Assembly (NCBI GenBank): GCA_003450815.1
Contig: DMES01000077.1
Location: forward strand, 17,681-81,680
Source: Elusimicrobiota bacterium
Lineage (GTDB): Bacteria; Elusimicrobiota; Elusimicrobia; Elusimicrobiales; UBA9959
DNA: 64,000 nucleotides
Reading direction: 5' to 3'
The notes below the pieces were generated by a model. That model was not told where the DNA came from, made no database searches, and was given only the letters and a program-made list of their open reading frames with translations. A program made the position numbers and the translations under genes. Of the stretch, positions 17,801-25,854 are shown piece after piece (position 1 is the stretch's first letter; the number at the start of each line of letters is the position of its first letter).

Positions 17801-18323
17801 GCGAGTAAATCGGTTAACTGCGCTTAGGTTTGACTGGGATCCGCAGGTGTCAACCTGGGAAAACAGTTTTTGCGCTCTTGAGAAGTATAAAAATAAACAT
17901 GGTGATTGCAATGTGCCACAGGGATGGACTGAACCTCCGGGTTTGGGTAGGTGGGTTTCGAATCAACGACGCTATAAGATTAAAGGGAAAATATCAAAGG
18001 AACGAGTAAATCGGCTAATCGCGATTGGATTTGACTGGGATCCGATGCTCTCGGCCTGGGAAAAAAGTTTTCGCGCCCTTGCACAGTATAAAGCTACACA
18101 TGGTGATTGCAATGTGCCACAGGATCGGCCTGAAGATCCGAGTTTGGGTAGATGGGTTGCAACGCAACGAAAAGTTAAGATTAAAGGGCAAATATCAAAG
18201 GAACGAGTAAGCCGGCTAACTGCGCTTGGGTTTGAATGGCATAGGACGAAGGAACGCCTGCCCCGCAACAGGAGTATAGGTGACAAAAACCAAGCAAAGC
18301 TGCTAAAAACGGATGAACATTAA
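14862..18323 (+). CDS. fusion protein: restriction-endonuclease-like N-terminus + SF2 (DEAH, Res-subunit-like) helicase + 7 helicase-associated (HA) repeats
   Basis: N-terminus GDAFEVFAEAYL..GTDGLV..YQAKF (PD-(D/E)xK-like). Helicase motifs MACGTGKT, DEAH, TATP and QATGRAMR. C-terminal 7 x 67-aa W(E)xxF..YK..HGDCNVP..W..NP.L..WV..QR repeats. Confidence 0.85.
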   Translation: MPKHSGSAKFTATGVFNGLKSFSELEARISALPSEKERGDAFEVFAEAYLATQPICQAKEVWPQTSAPSGLLKRLGLPVSRDMGTDGLVVLKDGRIASYQAKFYTSRPSLTWGLLSTFFAISDRVSHTIIFTNSDSLASTIEQRQNFIAIRGIDLDRLAPTDFSVIEEWMKGEPVARVIPKPRPHQEKALNELLPALKSSDRATVIMACGTGKTLLSLWAAERLKAKNVLVLVPSLALIQQTLHGWLAATGWDNLAYLCVCSDLTITDGVDELVVKKSDLDFEVTTAPAEVKRFLDSVFDGVKVVFSTYMSASVVGKALEGRNIFDLGIFDEAHKTAGREGKTYAFALSDKNLPLKKRVFMTATPRHYNVLKRDKEGDAKLVYSMDVPESYGTVVHKLPFAEAARAGIICRYKVIISVVTSEMVGQELLRRGKVLVAGDEIHAQQVANQLALAAAVEKHGVGKIITFHKNIKSAQSFTDAGPEGIANHLKDFSVFHVNGSMPSAEREKLMGEFKTSKHGLVSNAKCLTEGVDVPAVDMVAFLSPKRSTVDIVQATGRAMRKAPKKEFGYILVPLYLEIKNNEAIEEAVRRGNFEEVWDVLAALQEQDEVLADIIRQMRQEKGRTKGYNDVPFREQIEILGPQILLEDLKKSIIISCVDRLAANWDERFGELVAYKAKYSDCNVPRGWPKNPSLARWVAMQRSLKIKGRLLKERVNQLTAIGFDWDPQASAWEDSFRALEQYKAKHGDCDVPNRWIENPSLARWVGMQRSLKIKGRLLKERVNQLTAIGFNWDPQASAWEEGFCALEQYKAKHGDCNVSHAWPQNLGLATWVSTQRTAKIKEQLSKDRENRLTKIGFEWNRLVSAWEENFHALEDYQGTYGDCNVPKMWPENPNLATWVVMQRSLKIKGQLSKERVNRLTAIKFDWDPLGSVWEESFRVLEQYQAKHGDCNVSQEWPENPSLGRWVSRQREAKINGQLSKERVNRLTALRFDWDPQVSTWENSFCALEKYKNKHGDCNVPQGWTEPPGLGRWVSNQRRYKIKGKISKERVNRLIAIGFDWDPMLSAWEKSFRALAQYKATHGDCNVPQDRPEDPSLGRWVATQRKVKIKGQISKERVSRLTALGFEWHRTKERLPRNRSIGDKNQAKLLKTDEH
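16851..18257 (+). repeat. 7 tandem 201-nt coding repeats (HA domains)
   Basis: The conserved Trp codons are spaced exactly 201 nt apart. 16927-17059 vs 17128-17260 differ at only 2 of 133 nt. Confidence 0.9.
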
Positions 18324-19011
18324 AGAAGAAGAATTAGGACACTGGTGGGGAGAGTTTCTTGTTTCCTCACGTAGGTACGATATTTTAATTCGCAATTTAT
18401 ATGTTGCCGGGAAGAATAAACAGATAAATGAATTTGATGGGGTCGGGATTAAATTTCTAGGCGTAAAACTTGGAGACAATGTCTTATTAGAAGATATCGA
18501 ATATAAATATGCTAAAACAGGGAAAGAAGATCGGGCAGAGAAGGCGTTGGGAAAGCAAATAGAAAAAATAAAAATGTTTAGTGGGTTTAATTCAATAATC
18601 GGGGCATCAAATTCTGTACTTGCTGTTAAAGGATTACCACATTGTTTTGGTGCTCTTAAAGTGGGCGCCCCGAATGAAAACTGTTGTAGTGGTTTTTTTG
18701 TTAGAGAGCCTACTAAGTTTATATATAACTCAACACACCGTGATAATATCCTGAAGGTCACTCGGCAGGTTTATGGGACAGCTGAGGTTATAGGCATGCC
18801 ATGCGTATTTATTAAATGTAAAGATAAGAATTGTCGAACCTATTATGGGTTTTCAGCGAGAGTGCCACTCCCAATCTCATTTTATGAAAATGGACACTCG
18901 GAGTATTGTCCTGAGTCAAAAAGCAAAAGTAATAGGTATGTTTTTGTAAGCAAAGGATTCTCATACAATAACAGAACTTACTACACTGCGCGAGCAAATA
19001 AGTTTATTTAA
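18313..19011 (+). CDS. hypothetical protein (232 aa), start overlaps the helicase stop
   Basis: ATG 18313 lies 11 nt inside the end of the helicase ORF. AT-rich. No motif recognised; several Cys (CC, C..C). Confidence 0.6.
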   Translation: MNIKEEELGHWWGEFLVSSRRYDILIRNLYVAGKNKQINEFDGVGIKFLGVKLGDNVLLEDIEYKYAKTGKEDRAEKALGKQIEKIKMFSGFNSIIGASNSVLAVKGLPHCFGALKVGAPNENCCSGFFVREPTKFIYNSTHRDNILKVTRQVYGTAEVIGMPCVFIKCKDKNCRTYYGFSARVPLPISFYENGHSEYCPESKSKSNRYVFVSKGFSYNNRTYYTARANKFI

Positions 19012-19120
19012 GTGTGGCAAATCAGATGTCGGAACGGTTCTTAATGATTGTGTGGGGAGGCCCAGGCGACGTTGTTGAAAGATTGAAATTTTGTTTTAGA
19101 TCGTTTAAACTTTTGATGCT

Positions 19121-19618
19121 ATGAAATATCGTGATTTATCAAAAGAAGAGTTTGACGCTATTGTAACTGGAGAACTTACTCACCATGCGATATGGTTGGA
19201 AAGTGAACTGGTGGAAATTATTTCCAACTATTTTCTTGGTGACTCGTATAAAAAAGCGGATTTTAACAGATTGTTATTTAGGCGGGATGGTTTAACCTTT
19301 CAGGATAAAATTGAAATAGTTAGGGGAATGCTCCCGCTATTTAAAAAGTCTGCTGTTGTTGAGCATCTTAAAAAGTTACTACTTAAGATTGAGGAGTTGA
19401 AAGATTTTCGTAATGCATTTGCGCACGGAATTGATGCTCAATCGGATAAAAACGACAAGCTTTGTTTAAAAATTGAACTTATTAGTCGGTCTGGTAAAAC
19501 TAAGACCATAGAGGTTACTCCGGAAACTCATGAAAAACACATGGAAAGCCTTGATAAGCTTTTTAATGAGGTTCACCAGGTTTGCCTTGAACTTAAACAT
19601 ATGGGGGGAGGGGCTTAA
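19121..19618 (+). CDS. hypothetical protein with Rx4H motif (candidate HEPN-like)
   Basis: FRNAFAHG = R-N-x3-H, in a residue composition compatible with an all-helical 165-aa protein (not predicted). The assignment rests on this motif alone. Confidence 0.5.
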   Translation: MKYRDLSKEEFDAIVTGELTHHAIWLESELVEIISNYFLGDSYKKADFNRLLFRRDGLTFQDKIEIVRGMLPLFKKSAVVEHLKKLLLKIEELKDFRNAFAHGIDAQSDKNDKLCLKIELISRSGKTKTIEVTPETHEKHMESLDKLFNEVHQVCLELKHMGGGA

Positions 19619-19636
19619 ATTTTGGCGTTTTCAACG

Positions 19637-19669
19637 TGACAGACGGTTGTCGCTTTGGTCTGCTATACT
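19637..19669 (+). promoter_or_regulatory. palindrome TGACAGACGGTTGTCG + N11 + TATACT (copy 2)
   Basis: About 85 nt upstream of dinD. Confidence 0.65.
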
Positions 19670-19752
19670 GTTTTCAAAGCAAAAAACGGCGGGAGCTTTT
19701 ACATTATGACGGTTCTTGAGGTCGGCTTGGAGAAAAACGGAGGGAAGAAATC

Positions 19753-20613
19753 ATGGCCAAGGAAATAGCGAAAACAACCGGCTGGCATATATCGCCTTTT
19801 GAGTGGATCAAACGCACAAATGAAGCGAATAATGAATATTGGGAGAGCCGCGACCTGGCGGAGATTTTGGAATACACGCAATACCGGAACTTCGAGGCTG
19901 TAATCCAGAAGGCTAAGCTGGCGTGTTTCAATAGCGGGCATCGTATTGAGGATCATTTTGCTGATGTCAGCAAAATGATCGAGATTGGGAAAGGCGGCAG
20001 GCGCGAGATCGATGTCATATTGTTATCTCGATACGCCTGTTACCTGGTTATTCAAAACGCCGATCCCAAAAAAGAAATAGTGGCGCAGGGTCAAACCTAC
20101 TTTGCCGTCCAGACACGGCGGCAAGAAATTGCGGACGAACATATTGAGGAAAATCGACGCCTGATATTGCGCGACGAAATACGTCACCACAACGCGCAAC
20201 TGGCCGATGCGGCCAAGGGCGCGGGCGTCATCGAACCCATAGACTACGCTATCTTTCAAAATCATGGGTATATGGGGCTTTATGGCGGGTTGAAACAGGA
20301 AGACATTCACCGTCGTAAAGGCTTGAAAGAAAGCCAAAAGATTTTGGACCACATGGGCAGCACGGAACTGGCGGCGAACCTGTTTCGCGCAACTCAGGCG
20401 GAGGAGAAGCTGCGCCGGGACGAGGTCAAGGGGAAAGACGCCGCGAACCGGACACATCGTGAGGTCGGCGCGAAGGTGCGGCAGACCATCAAGGAGTTGG
20501 GTGGCACGATGCCCGAAGAATTACCGGTGGCGGAAAGCATCAAAAGAATTGAGTCCGAACAGCGCAAACAACTCGGCAAGGCTGAGCCGCCCGCAAAACA
20601 GAAGGACGAGTAA
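19753..20613 (+). CDS. dinD: DNA-damage-inducible protein D family
   Basis: Extended similarity to remembered E. coli DinD: FE.IKR.NE...E.W.ARDLA..L.Y...RNF..VI.KA..AC.NSGH...DHF......I..G.G..RE.....LSRYACYL..QN.DP.K...A..QTYFAVQTR. Confidence 0.85.
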   Translation: MAKEIAKTTGWHISPFEWIKRTNEANNEYWESRDLAEILEYTQYRNFEAVIQKAKLACFNSGHRIEDHFADVSKMIEIGKGGRREIDVILLSRYACYLVIQNADPKKEIVAQGQTYFAVQTRRQEIADEHIEENRRLILRDEIRHHNAQLADAAKGAGVIEPIDYAIFQNHGYMGLYGGLKQEDIHRRKGLKESQKILDHMGSTELAANLFRATQAEEKLRRDEVKGKDAANRTHREVGAKVRQTIKELGGTMPEELPVAESIKRIESEQRKQLGKAEPPAKQKDE

Positions 20614-20656
20614 AGGGTGGGGGAAAAGCAGGAGCCTTTTAAAAACCGTTTTTTAA

Positions 20657-20688
20657 CGACAAGACGCTGTCGGGATGGTGTGTATACT
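20657..20688 (+). promoter_or_regulatory. palindrome CGACAAGACGCTGTCG + N10 + TATACT (copy 3)
   Basis: One nucleotide different from copy 1. 55 nt upstream of the Bro-N gene. Confidence 0.65.
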
Positions 20689-20742
20689 ATTTTCAGGTGT
20701 TAAGAATTAATAGCAGGAAATACCGCTTTTTGGGAGGTACTT

Positions 20743-21585
20743 ATGGATAAATCTCTGGCTGTTTTTGAGGGGAATAGAATACGCAGGCATTACGACGAAA
20801 AGACGGAAAACTGGTATTTCTCCGTGGTGGATATATTGCAGGTGTTGATTCAACAGCCGTATTACCAGGCGGCCAGAAATTACTGGAAGGTCTTGAAAAA
20901 CAGGTTGAATAAGGAAGGGAGTGAGTCGGTTACAAAATGTAACCGACTGAAATTGCAAGCGGCAGACGGCAAATACTATTTAACAGATGTCGCAAATCCT
21001 GAAACGCTGTTTCGCCTTATACAATCCGTGCCAAGTCCAAAGGCTGAACCGATAAAACTCTGGCTGGCGAAAGTGGGACATGAGCGCTTGCAGGACATGG
21101 CGGATCCCGCAAAGTCGCTGGACAGGGCCCGCCAGTACTGGCAGCAGCACGGCAGGAGCCAGAAATGGATCCAACAGCGCATGATGGGGCAGGAAACCCG
21201 GAACAAACTGACCGACTACTGGAAAAACCACGAAATTAAAAAAGAAGAAGAATACGCGATATTAACCAACATTATCCATCAGGAATGGTCTGATATAACG
21301 GTAAAGGAACACAAAAACATTAAAGGTTTAAAGACCCAGAACCTGCGCGACCACATGAGCGAAGCGGAACTGATTTTTACCGCTTTGGCCGAGCTATCCA
21401 CCCGCCAGATAGCCGAAACCATGTCGGCCACCGGCATGGCTGAAAATACCATCGCCGGAAAAAAAGGCGGCGGCATTGCCAAAAAAGCGCGGCTGGACCT
21501 GGAAGAAAAAACCGGGAAAAAAGTGGTGAGCGGGAATAATTATTTGCCGCCCAAGAACAATAAACAAATAGAAAAGAAACAATGA
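20743..21585 (+). CDS. Bro-N domain protein (phage antirepressor-like N-terminus)
   Basis: LAVFEGNRIRRHYDEKTENWYFSVVDILQVL fits the Bro-N pattern (recalled). Confidence 0.7.
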   Translation: MDKSLAVFEGNRIRRHYDEKTENWYFSVVDILQVLIQQPYYQAARNYWKVLKNRLNKEGSESVTKCNRLKLQAADGKYYLTDVANPETLFRLIQSVPSPKAEPIKLWLAKVGHERLQDMADPAKSLDRARQYWQQHGRSQKWIQQRMMGQETRNKLTDYWKNHEIKKEEEYAILTNIIHQEWSDITVKEHKNIKGLKTQNLRDHMSEAELIFTALAELSTRQIAETMSATGMAENTIAGKKGGGIAKKARLDLEEKTGKKVVSGNNYLPPKNNKQIEKKQ

Positions 21586-22322
21586 ATGATACAGAAGAAT
21601 CTCTTTTCGGCCCGGATTGGGATACTGAGCGCGCCGGACGGCTTTGCCCGGCCGGGGTGGAGATACGCGCCGATTCCTCCGAGCGGGCTTCCGGCGTGCC
21701 CGAGCTGCTGGCGGAGCTGGGGGCTTCCGTGGTAAACGGCCCTCTGGCGGCCGGGGACTATCTGGTTTGCGGCAGAACACTTGTTGAAAGAAAAACCGTG
21801 GCTGATTTCACGCAATCGCTTTACGCGGGCCGTCTCTTTGACCAGATAAAAAGGATGAAAGACTCCTCAGAGGAGGTTTTGCTTGTTATAGAGGGTGGGA
21901 AATGGTATTTCTCTCAAGTGCGGCCAAAAGCGGTGCGCATGGCTTTTCTCTCTGTGCTGGTTTCATGGAAAGTGCCCGTGGTATTTACCAAAGATTGCGC
22001 GGGCACAGCCGCGTTGCTTGTAGAGCTTGGAGAGAAAGCGCTGCGGTGCAAAAAGATTTTTTACACCAATAGGCTGTTTCACAGAAACAGGGCAAAAAGC
22101 CTTTGTTCTATAGAGGATTCCAGGATGAGGCTTTTATCCGAAATCCCCGGAGTCGGCCCGAAGCTGGCTGTCAAACTTATGGAGCGGTTCCAGACGGTGC
22201 GCGCTCTTGCCGAAGCTTCCGAAGGCGACATATCCTCCGTTTATGGCGTAGGAAAACAAAAAGCTGCCAAAATATTGTGGACCCTGAGGGAGCAAGTGAC
22301 ATTGTACAAGAGCGCTGGCTGA
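21582..22322 (+). CDS. ERCC4 (XPF/Mus81-type) nuclease with C-terminal helix-hairpin-helix
   Basis: GDYLV..ERKTVADF signature, then IPGVGPKLA and VYGVGKQKA HhH motifs. ATGA overlap with the Bro-N gene. Confidence 0.8.
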   Translation: MNDTEESLFGPDWDTERAGRLCPAGVEIRADSSERASGVPELLAELGASVVNGPLAAGDYLVCGRTLVERKTVADFTQSLYAGRLFDQIKRMKDSSEEVLLVIEGGKWYFSQVRPKAVRMAFLSVLVSWKVPVVFTKDCAGTAALLVELGEKALRCKKIFYTNRLFHRNRAKSLCSIEDSRMRLLSEIPGVGPKLAVKLMERFQTVRALAEASEGDISSVYGVGKQKAAKILWTLREQVTLYKSAG

Positions 22323-22391
22323 TGTCATATAATATTAACAATGCTTTCTATTGAAACAGCGGGAACAGTCTGATATTATTGAAATATACAT

Positions 22392-23444
22392 ATGAAGATA
22401 GTGAAATTTGATGTTTTGTCCGCGACGGAAGAAAATTGGGATAGTTACTTCCGTCATCTTGACGAAATCCGTCAGGAGTGTGGCCAGCAAGACCCGCAAT
22501 TGCCGCGGGAACAAAGAAAAGCCATAACCGTTTCATCCCATTCGGACCCGAATGTGCGCTTATATGTTTTTTTAATGTTTCCCGAGGAAACCTCCGGCTG
22601 CGCGGCCGGCTATGCGGAGGCAATTGTGGAGACTCCGCAGTCACCCACATATAATCTCAATAAGCATACAGGCAAGCTAAGCCTCTCCGTTTCCCAAAAA
22701 CACAGGAGACAGGGACTGGCAACCTTATTGCTGAAGCATGTTATTGAAGAACTGGCCGCAAAAGAACCGGCGGTAACCGAGCTGCTCACTTCTGCAATTC
22801 TGGAATCGGGAAAATATTTCATGAACCTGCTGACAGGGAACTTCTCGCTTGAGAAGCCTGAAAACAGGCTTTACATCAAAGATGTGGACTGGGACATGAT
22901 CAATTTCTGGGTAGAGGACGGCATGCACAAAAATCCCGGCACAACGATAAAAACGGTGGAGATTATGCCGCAGGAAGATATTGAGGAGTACAGTTTGGTT
23001 TACAACGAAACCGCAAACCAGCAGACTTTCGGGAACATGAAGGTGGATATAAACTATACCCCGGATGAAATAAGGTGCGACGAGCGGAAAGCGCTGGAAC
23101 AGGGAATTTCGCATATCACAATATTTTTAAAGGAAAACAACGGCGCGATAAGCGGGCTGACTGAATTTTTTCATATTAAGGAACCTGGGCAAAAAGTGAC
23201 GCAGAACCTGACCGGCGTAAGGGAACAATACCGGGGGAGGGGGCTGGGAAAACTGCTTAGGGCCTGTATGCTGCTGCATATAAGAAAGTTTCCGGGCGTG
23301 GAATATGTGGTAACGGGTAACTCCGACACTAACGCGCCGATGCACGCCATAAATCTGAAACTCGGTTTTAAAAAGCATCTGCCTGTAAAACTGTACAAAT
23401 TGAAAATCCGGGGGCAACAGGGGCCTCGGCTATTTCCGGTCTAA
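22392..23444 (+). CDS. tandem GNAT-family N-acetyltransferase
   Basis: Two acetyl-CoA-site motifs: RRQGLATLLLKH and YRGRGLGKLLRA. Confidence 0.7.
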   Translation: MKIVKFDVLSATEENWDSYFRHLDEIRQECGQQDPQLPREQRKAITVSSHSDPNVRLYVFLMFPEETSGCAAGYAEAIVETPQSPTYNLNKHTGKLSLSVSQKHRRQGLATLLLKHVIEELAAKEPAVTELLTSAILESGKYFMNLLTGNFSLEKPENRLYIKDVDWDMINFWVEDGMHKNPGTTIKTVEIMPQEDIEEYSLVYNETANQQTFGNMKVDINYTPDEIRCDERKALEQGISHITIFLKENNGAISGLTEFFHIKEPGQKVTQNLTGVREQYRGRGLGKLLRACMLLHIRKFPGVEYVVTGNSDTNAPMHAINLKLGFKKHLPVKLYKLKIRGQQGPRLFPV

Positions 23445-23448
23445 AATC

Positions 23449-23485
23449 TGGTAAAAATTTTTGCGCCAAAAATTTTTAATGAAAC
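23449..23485. promoter_or_regulatory. AT-rich palindrome element (copy 2), TGGTAAAAATTTTTGCGCCAAAAATTTTTAATGAAAC
   Basis: 36/37 identical to 7341-7377. Includes the recQ ATG. Confidence 0.75.
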
Positions 23486-25401
23486 CCGAAGAAATTTTAA
23501 AAAAACAGTGGGGATATGACTCTTTCAAGCCGCTTCAGAAAGAGGCTATTGAAGCCGCTTTGGCCGGGCGCGACAGTCTTGTGGTTCTGCCTACAGGCGG
23601 CGGCAAAAGCCTGTGCTACCAGCTTCCGGCCGCCATGGGCGGCAAGGGACTGGTGCTGGTTGTGTCGCCGCTTATAGCCCTTATGGACGATCAGGTTGCG
23701 GCGGCGCGCGAGGCGGGCCTGATGGCCGATGCCGTACACTCAAACCTTCAGGCCGACAAGCGCGACGACACCTACTGGCGTTTGTCCGAGGGGGTAACCG
23801 AGCTGCTCTATGTCAGCCCGGAGCGGCTGCTCGCGGGCGACCTGCTTAAGTATATTTCCGGCCGCGTTATACTTGCCGCCGTGGATGAGGCCCACTGCGT
23901 TTCGCACTGGGGCCACGAATTCAGGCCGGAGTACCGCAGGCTTACTGAAGTTCTGGACCAGTTTCCCAAAGCCGCCCGTATGGCTTTAACCGCCACCGCC
24001 ACACCCGAAGTGCAGGAAGACATCTGCGCACAGCTGGGCCTGCGCTCACCGTTACGGCTAATAGGCCACCCCGACCGGCCCAACCTTGTTTACCGCGCGC
24101 TCCCTCGCCGCGACCAGCTCGCGCAGGTGCTTGAAATAGCGCGCCGCTATGCCGGTTCGGGGGGTATTGTGTACGCGCAAACCCGCAAAGATGTGGAACG
24201 CCTGGCGGAGGGACTTAAAAAAGAGGGTATTTCATGCGCGCCATACCACGCCGGGCTTAACGCCGGCGACAGGCGGCGCGCACAGGACGACTTTGTAAAC
24301 GAAAGGCTGGACGTTATTGTGGCCACTATCGCCTTCGGCATGGGCATAGACCGCTCCAATGTGCGCTATGTCGCGCACGCCAACACCCCGCGCTCAGTGG
24401 AACACTATCAGCAGGAATCGGGCCGGGCGGGCCGCGACGGCCTTCCAGCCGAGTGCCTGCTTCTGTTCGCGGCTTCGGATCTGGCGCTGCACCGCTACCT
24501 GGCTAAAAAAGACGTTGATCTGCCGCCCGAAAGGGAACGCGCCCTTGAACGCCAGCTGCGCGAAATAGGCCGCTACGCCGTATCTCCCGTGTGCCGCCAC
24601 CGCTTGCTCACCGAACATTTTGGCGCGCCGTATCCTCCGGCTGAAACCGTCTTGAAAGAATGTGTTTTTGAAGAGGCTTTCTGTAAAGAGGGTGATGGGG
24701 ATATTTACCAGGAGCCCGATAGGGCGCAGGGGTGCGGCGCCTGCGATGTCTGCCTTGGCGAGACAAAAAGTCTGCCGGCCGAAGAGGCCCTTCTGACCGC
24801 GAAAAAAGCTTTAAGCGCGGCCTGGCGCGCCGAAGGCCGCTATGGCACCGGCTATGTGGTAAATTTACTGCTTGGCCGAGTAAACGACCGCATGACCGCC
24901 AATGGCCATGACCAGCTGAAAGTTTTCGGCCTGCTCAAAGATTCCGGCGAAGCCGCCGTCCGCTCCTGGATAGACCAGCTTATAGTGCAGGATTTTCTTG
25001 AGGTTACGGAAGAGGGAGAATATCCCCTGCTGCGCATCACGGAAGCCGGACGGGGCCTTTGTAACGGCCGGGGCGCGGTACGGCTGGGCATGCCCGTCCC
25101 AGCGAGAGTCAAAGGCAGGAAGAAGGCCAAAGCCCTGAAAGGTAAAGCCGCCTGCGGCCTTGGCGTAGACCAGGAACTTTTTGAGCGCCTGCGCTCTTTG
25201 CGCCGCGCGCTTGCCGACAAGGCGGGCATACCGCCCTATGTTATCTTCCACGACAGCGTGCTTATAGAAATGTCCGCCTCAAAGCCTGAAACACTGGACG
25301 ATTTGCGCGGCATAAAAGGCATAGGCGAGAAAAAATTGGAAAAATACGGCCGCCTGTTCCTTGACGCCATATCCGGCCGCCTGAAGCAGCCGCAGGTTTA
25401 A
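23479..25401 (+). CDS. recQ: ATP-dependent DNA helicase RecQ
   Basis: PTGGGKSLCYQLPA, DEAHCVSHWGHEFRPEY, a Zn-binding Cys cluster and a C-terminal HRDC-like region. Confidence 0.95.
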   Translation: MKPEEILKKQWGYDSFKPLQKEAIEAALAGRDSLVVLPTGGGKSLCYQLPAAMGGKGLVLVVSPLIALMDDQVAAAREAGLMADAVHSNLQADKRDDTYWRLSEGVTELLYVSPERLLAGDLLKYISGRVILAAVDEAHCVSHWGHEFRPEYRRLTEVLDQFPKAARMALTATATPEVQEDICAQLGLRSPLRLIGHPDRPNLVYRALPRRDQLAQVLEIARRYAGSGGIVYAQTRKDVERLAEGLKKEGISCAPYHAGLNAGDRRRAQDDFVNERLDVIVATIAFGMGIDRSNVRYVAHANTPRSVEHYQQESGRAGRDGLPAECLLLFAASDLALHRYLAKKDVDLPPERERALERQLREIGRYAVSPVCRHRLLTEHFGAPYPPAETVLKECVFEEAFCKEGDGDIYQEPDRAQGCGACDVCLGETKSLPAEEALLTAKKALSAAWRAEGRYGTGYVVNLLLGRVNDRMTANGHDQLKVFGLLKDSGEAAVRSWIDQLIVQDFLEVTEEGEYPLLRITEAGRGLCNGRGAVRLGMPVPARVKGRKKAKALKGKAACGLGVDQELFERLRSLRRALADKAGIPPYVIFHDSVLIEMSASKPETLDDLRGIKGIGEKKLEKYGRLFLDAISGRLKQPQV

Positions 25402-25491
25402 CCGCAAAGGGACCCTTTTGACGCATTTTTATATAGAATAAGGGCTTCGCATGATAACTGTAGAAGCGCAAAATACATAAGGGGGACATTA

Positions 25492-25854
25492 ATGAAATCC
25501 GGATATCGCAGCATAGCTGAAGGCATGATATTTACGCTGATTACCTGCGGCATTTATAATATATTCTGGAACATCCACCAGATGGAAACATGCAACGAAC
25601 TTGCTGGCCGCCAGGAATTCTCGCCGGGTAAAATTATCCTTCTGTCGCTGGTCACCTGCGGAATATATTTTGTGTATTATCAATACTGCATGGGAGAGAT
25701 AATAGTGGAGATACAGCGTAACCGTTCGGTGACGCCCTACGAAAATCTGCCGCTGATAAGCCTGGTTTTGTCGCTATGCGGCCTGAGCATTATTGTGGAC
25801 GCAATTCACCAGCATGAGCTCAATAAATTCTATCCCAAACAGCCTGCGGCTTAA
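25492..25854 (+). CDS. DUF4234-like small membrane protein
   Basis: Repeated TCGIY motif in TM helices (LITCGIYNIFW, LVTCGIYFVYY). Confidence 0.6.
   Translation: MKSGYRSIAEGMIFTLITCGIYNIFWNIHQMETCNELAGRQEFSPGKIILLSLVTCGIYFVYYQYCMGEIIVEIQRNRSVTPYENLPLISLVLSLCGLSIIVDAIHQHELNKFYPKQPAA

Noticed and set aside
14519-22330. Calling the helicase/dinD/ERCC4 block a mobile element or prophage
   Set aside because: No integrase, transposase, terminal repeats or tRNA target were seen. Only composition (judged by eye) and gene content suggest an accessory origin, so it is reported as a finding, not as a mobile_element feature.
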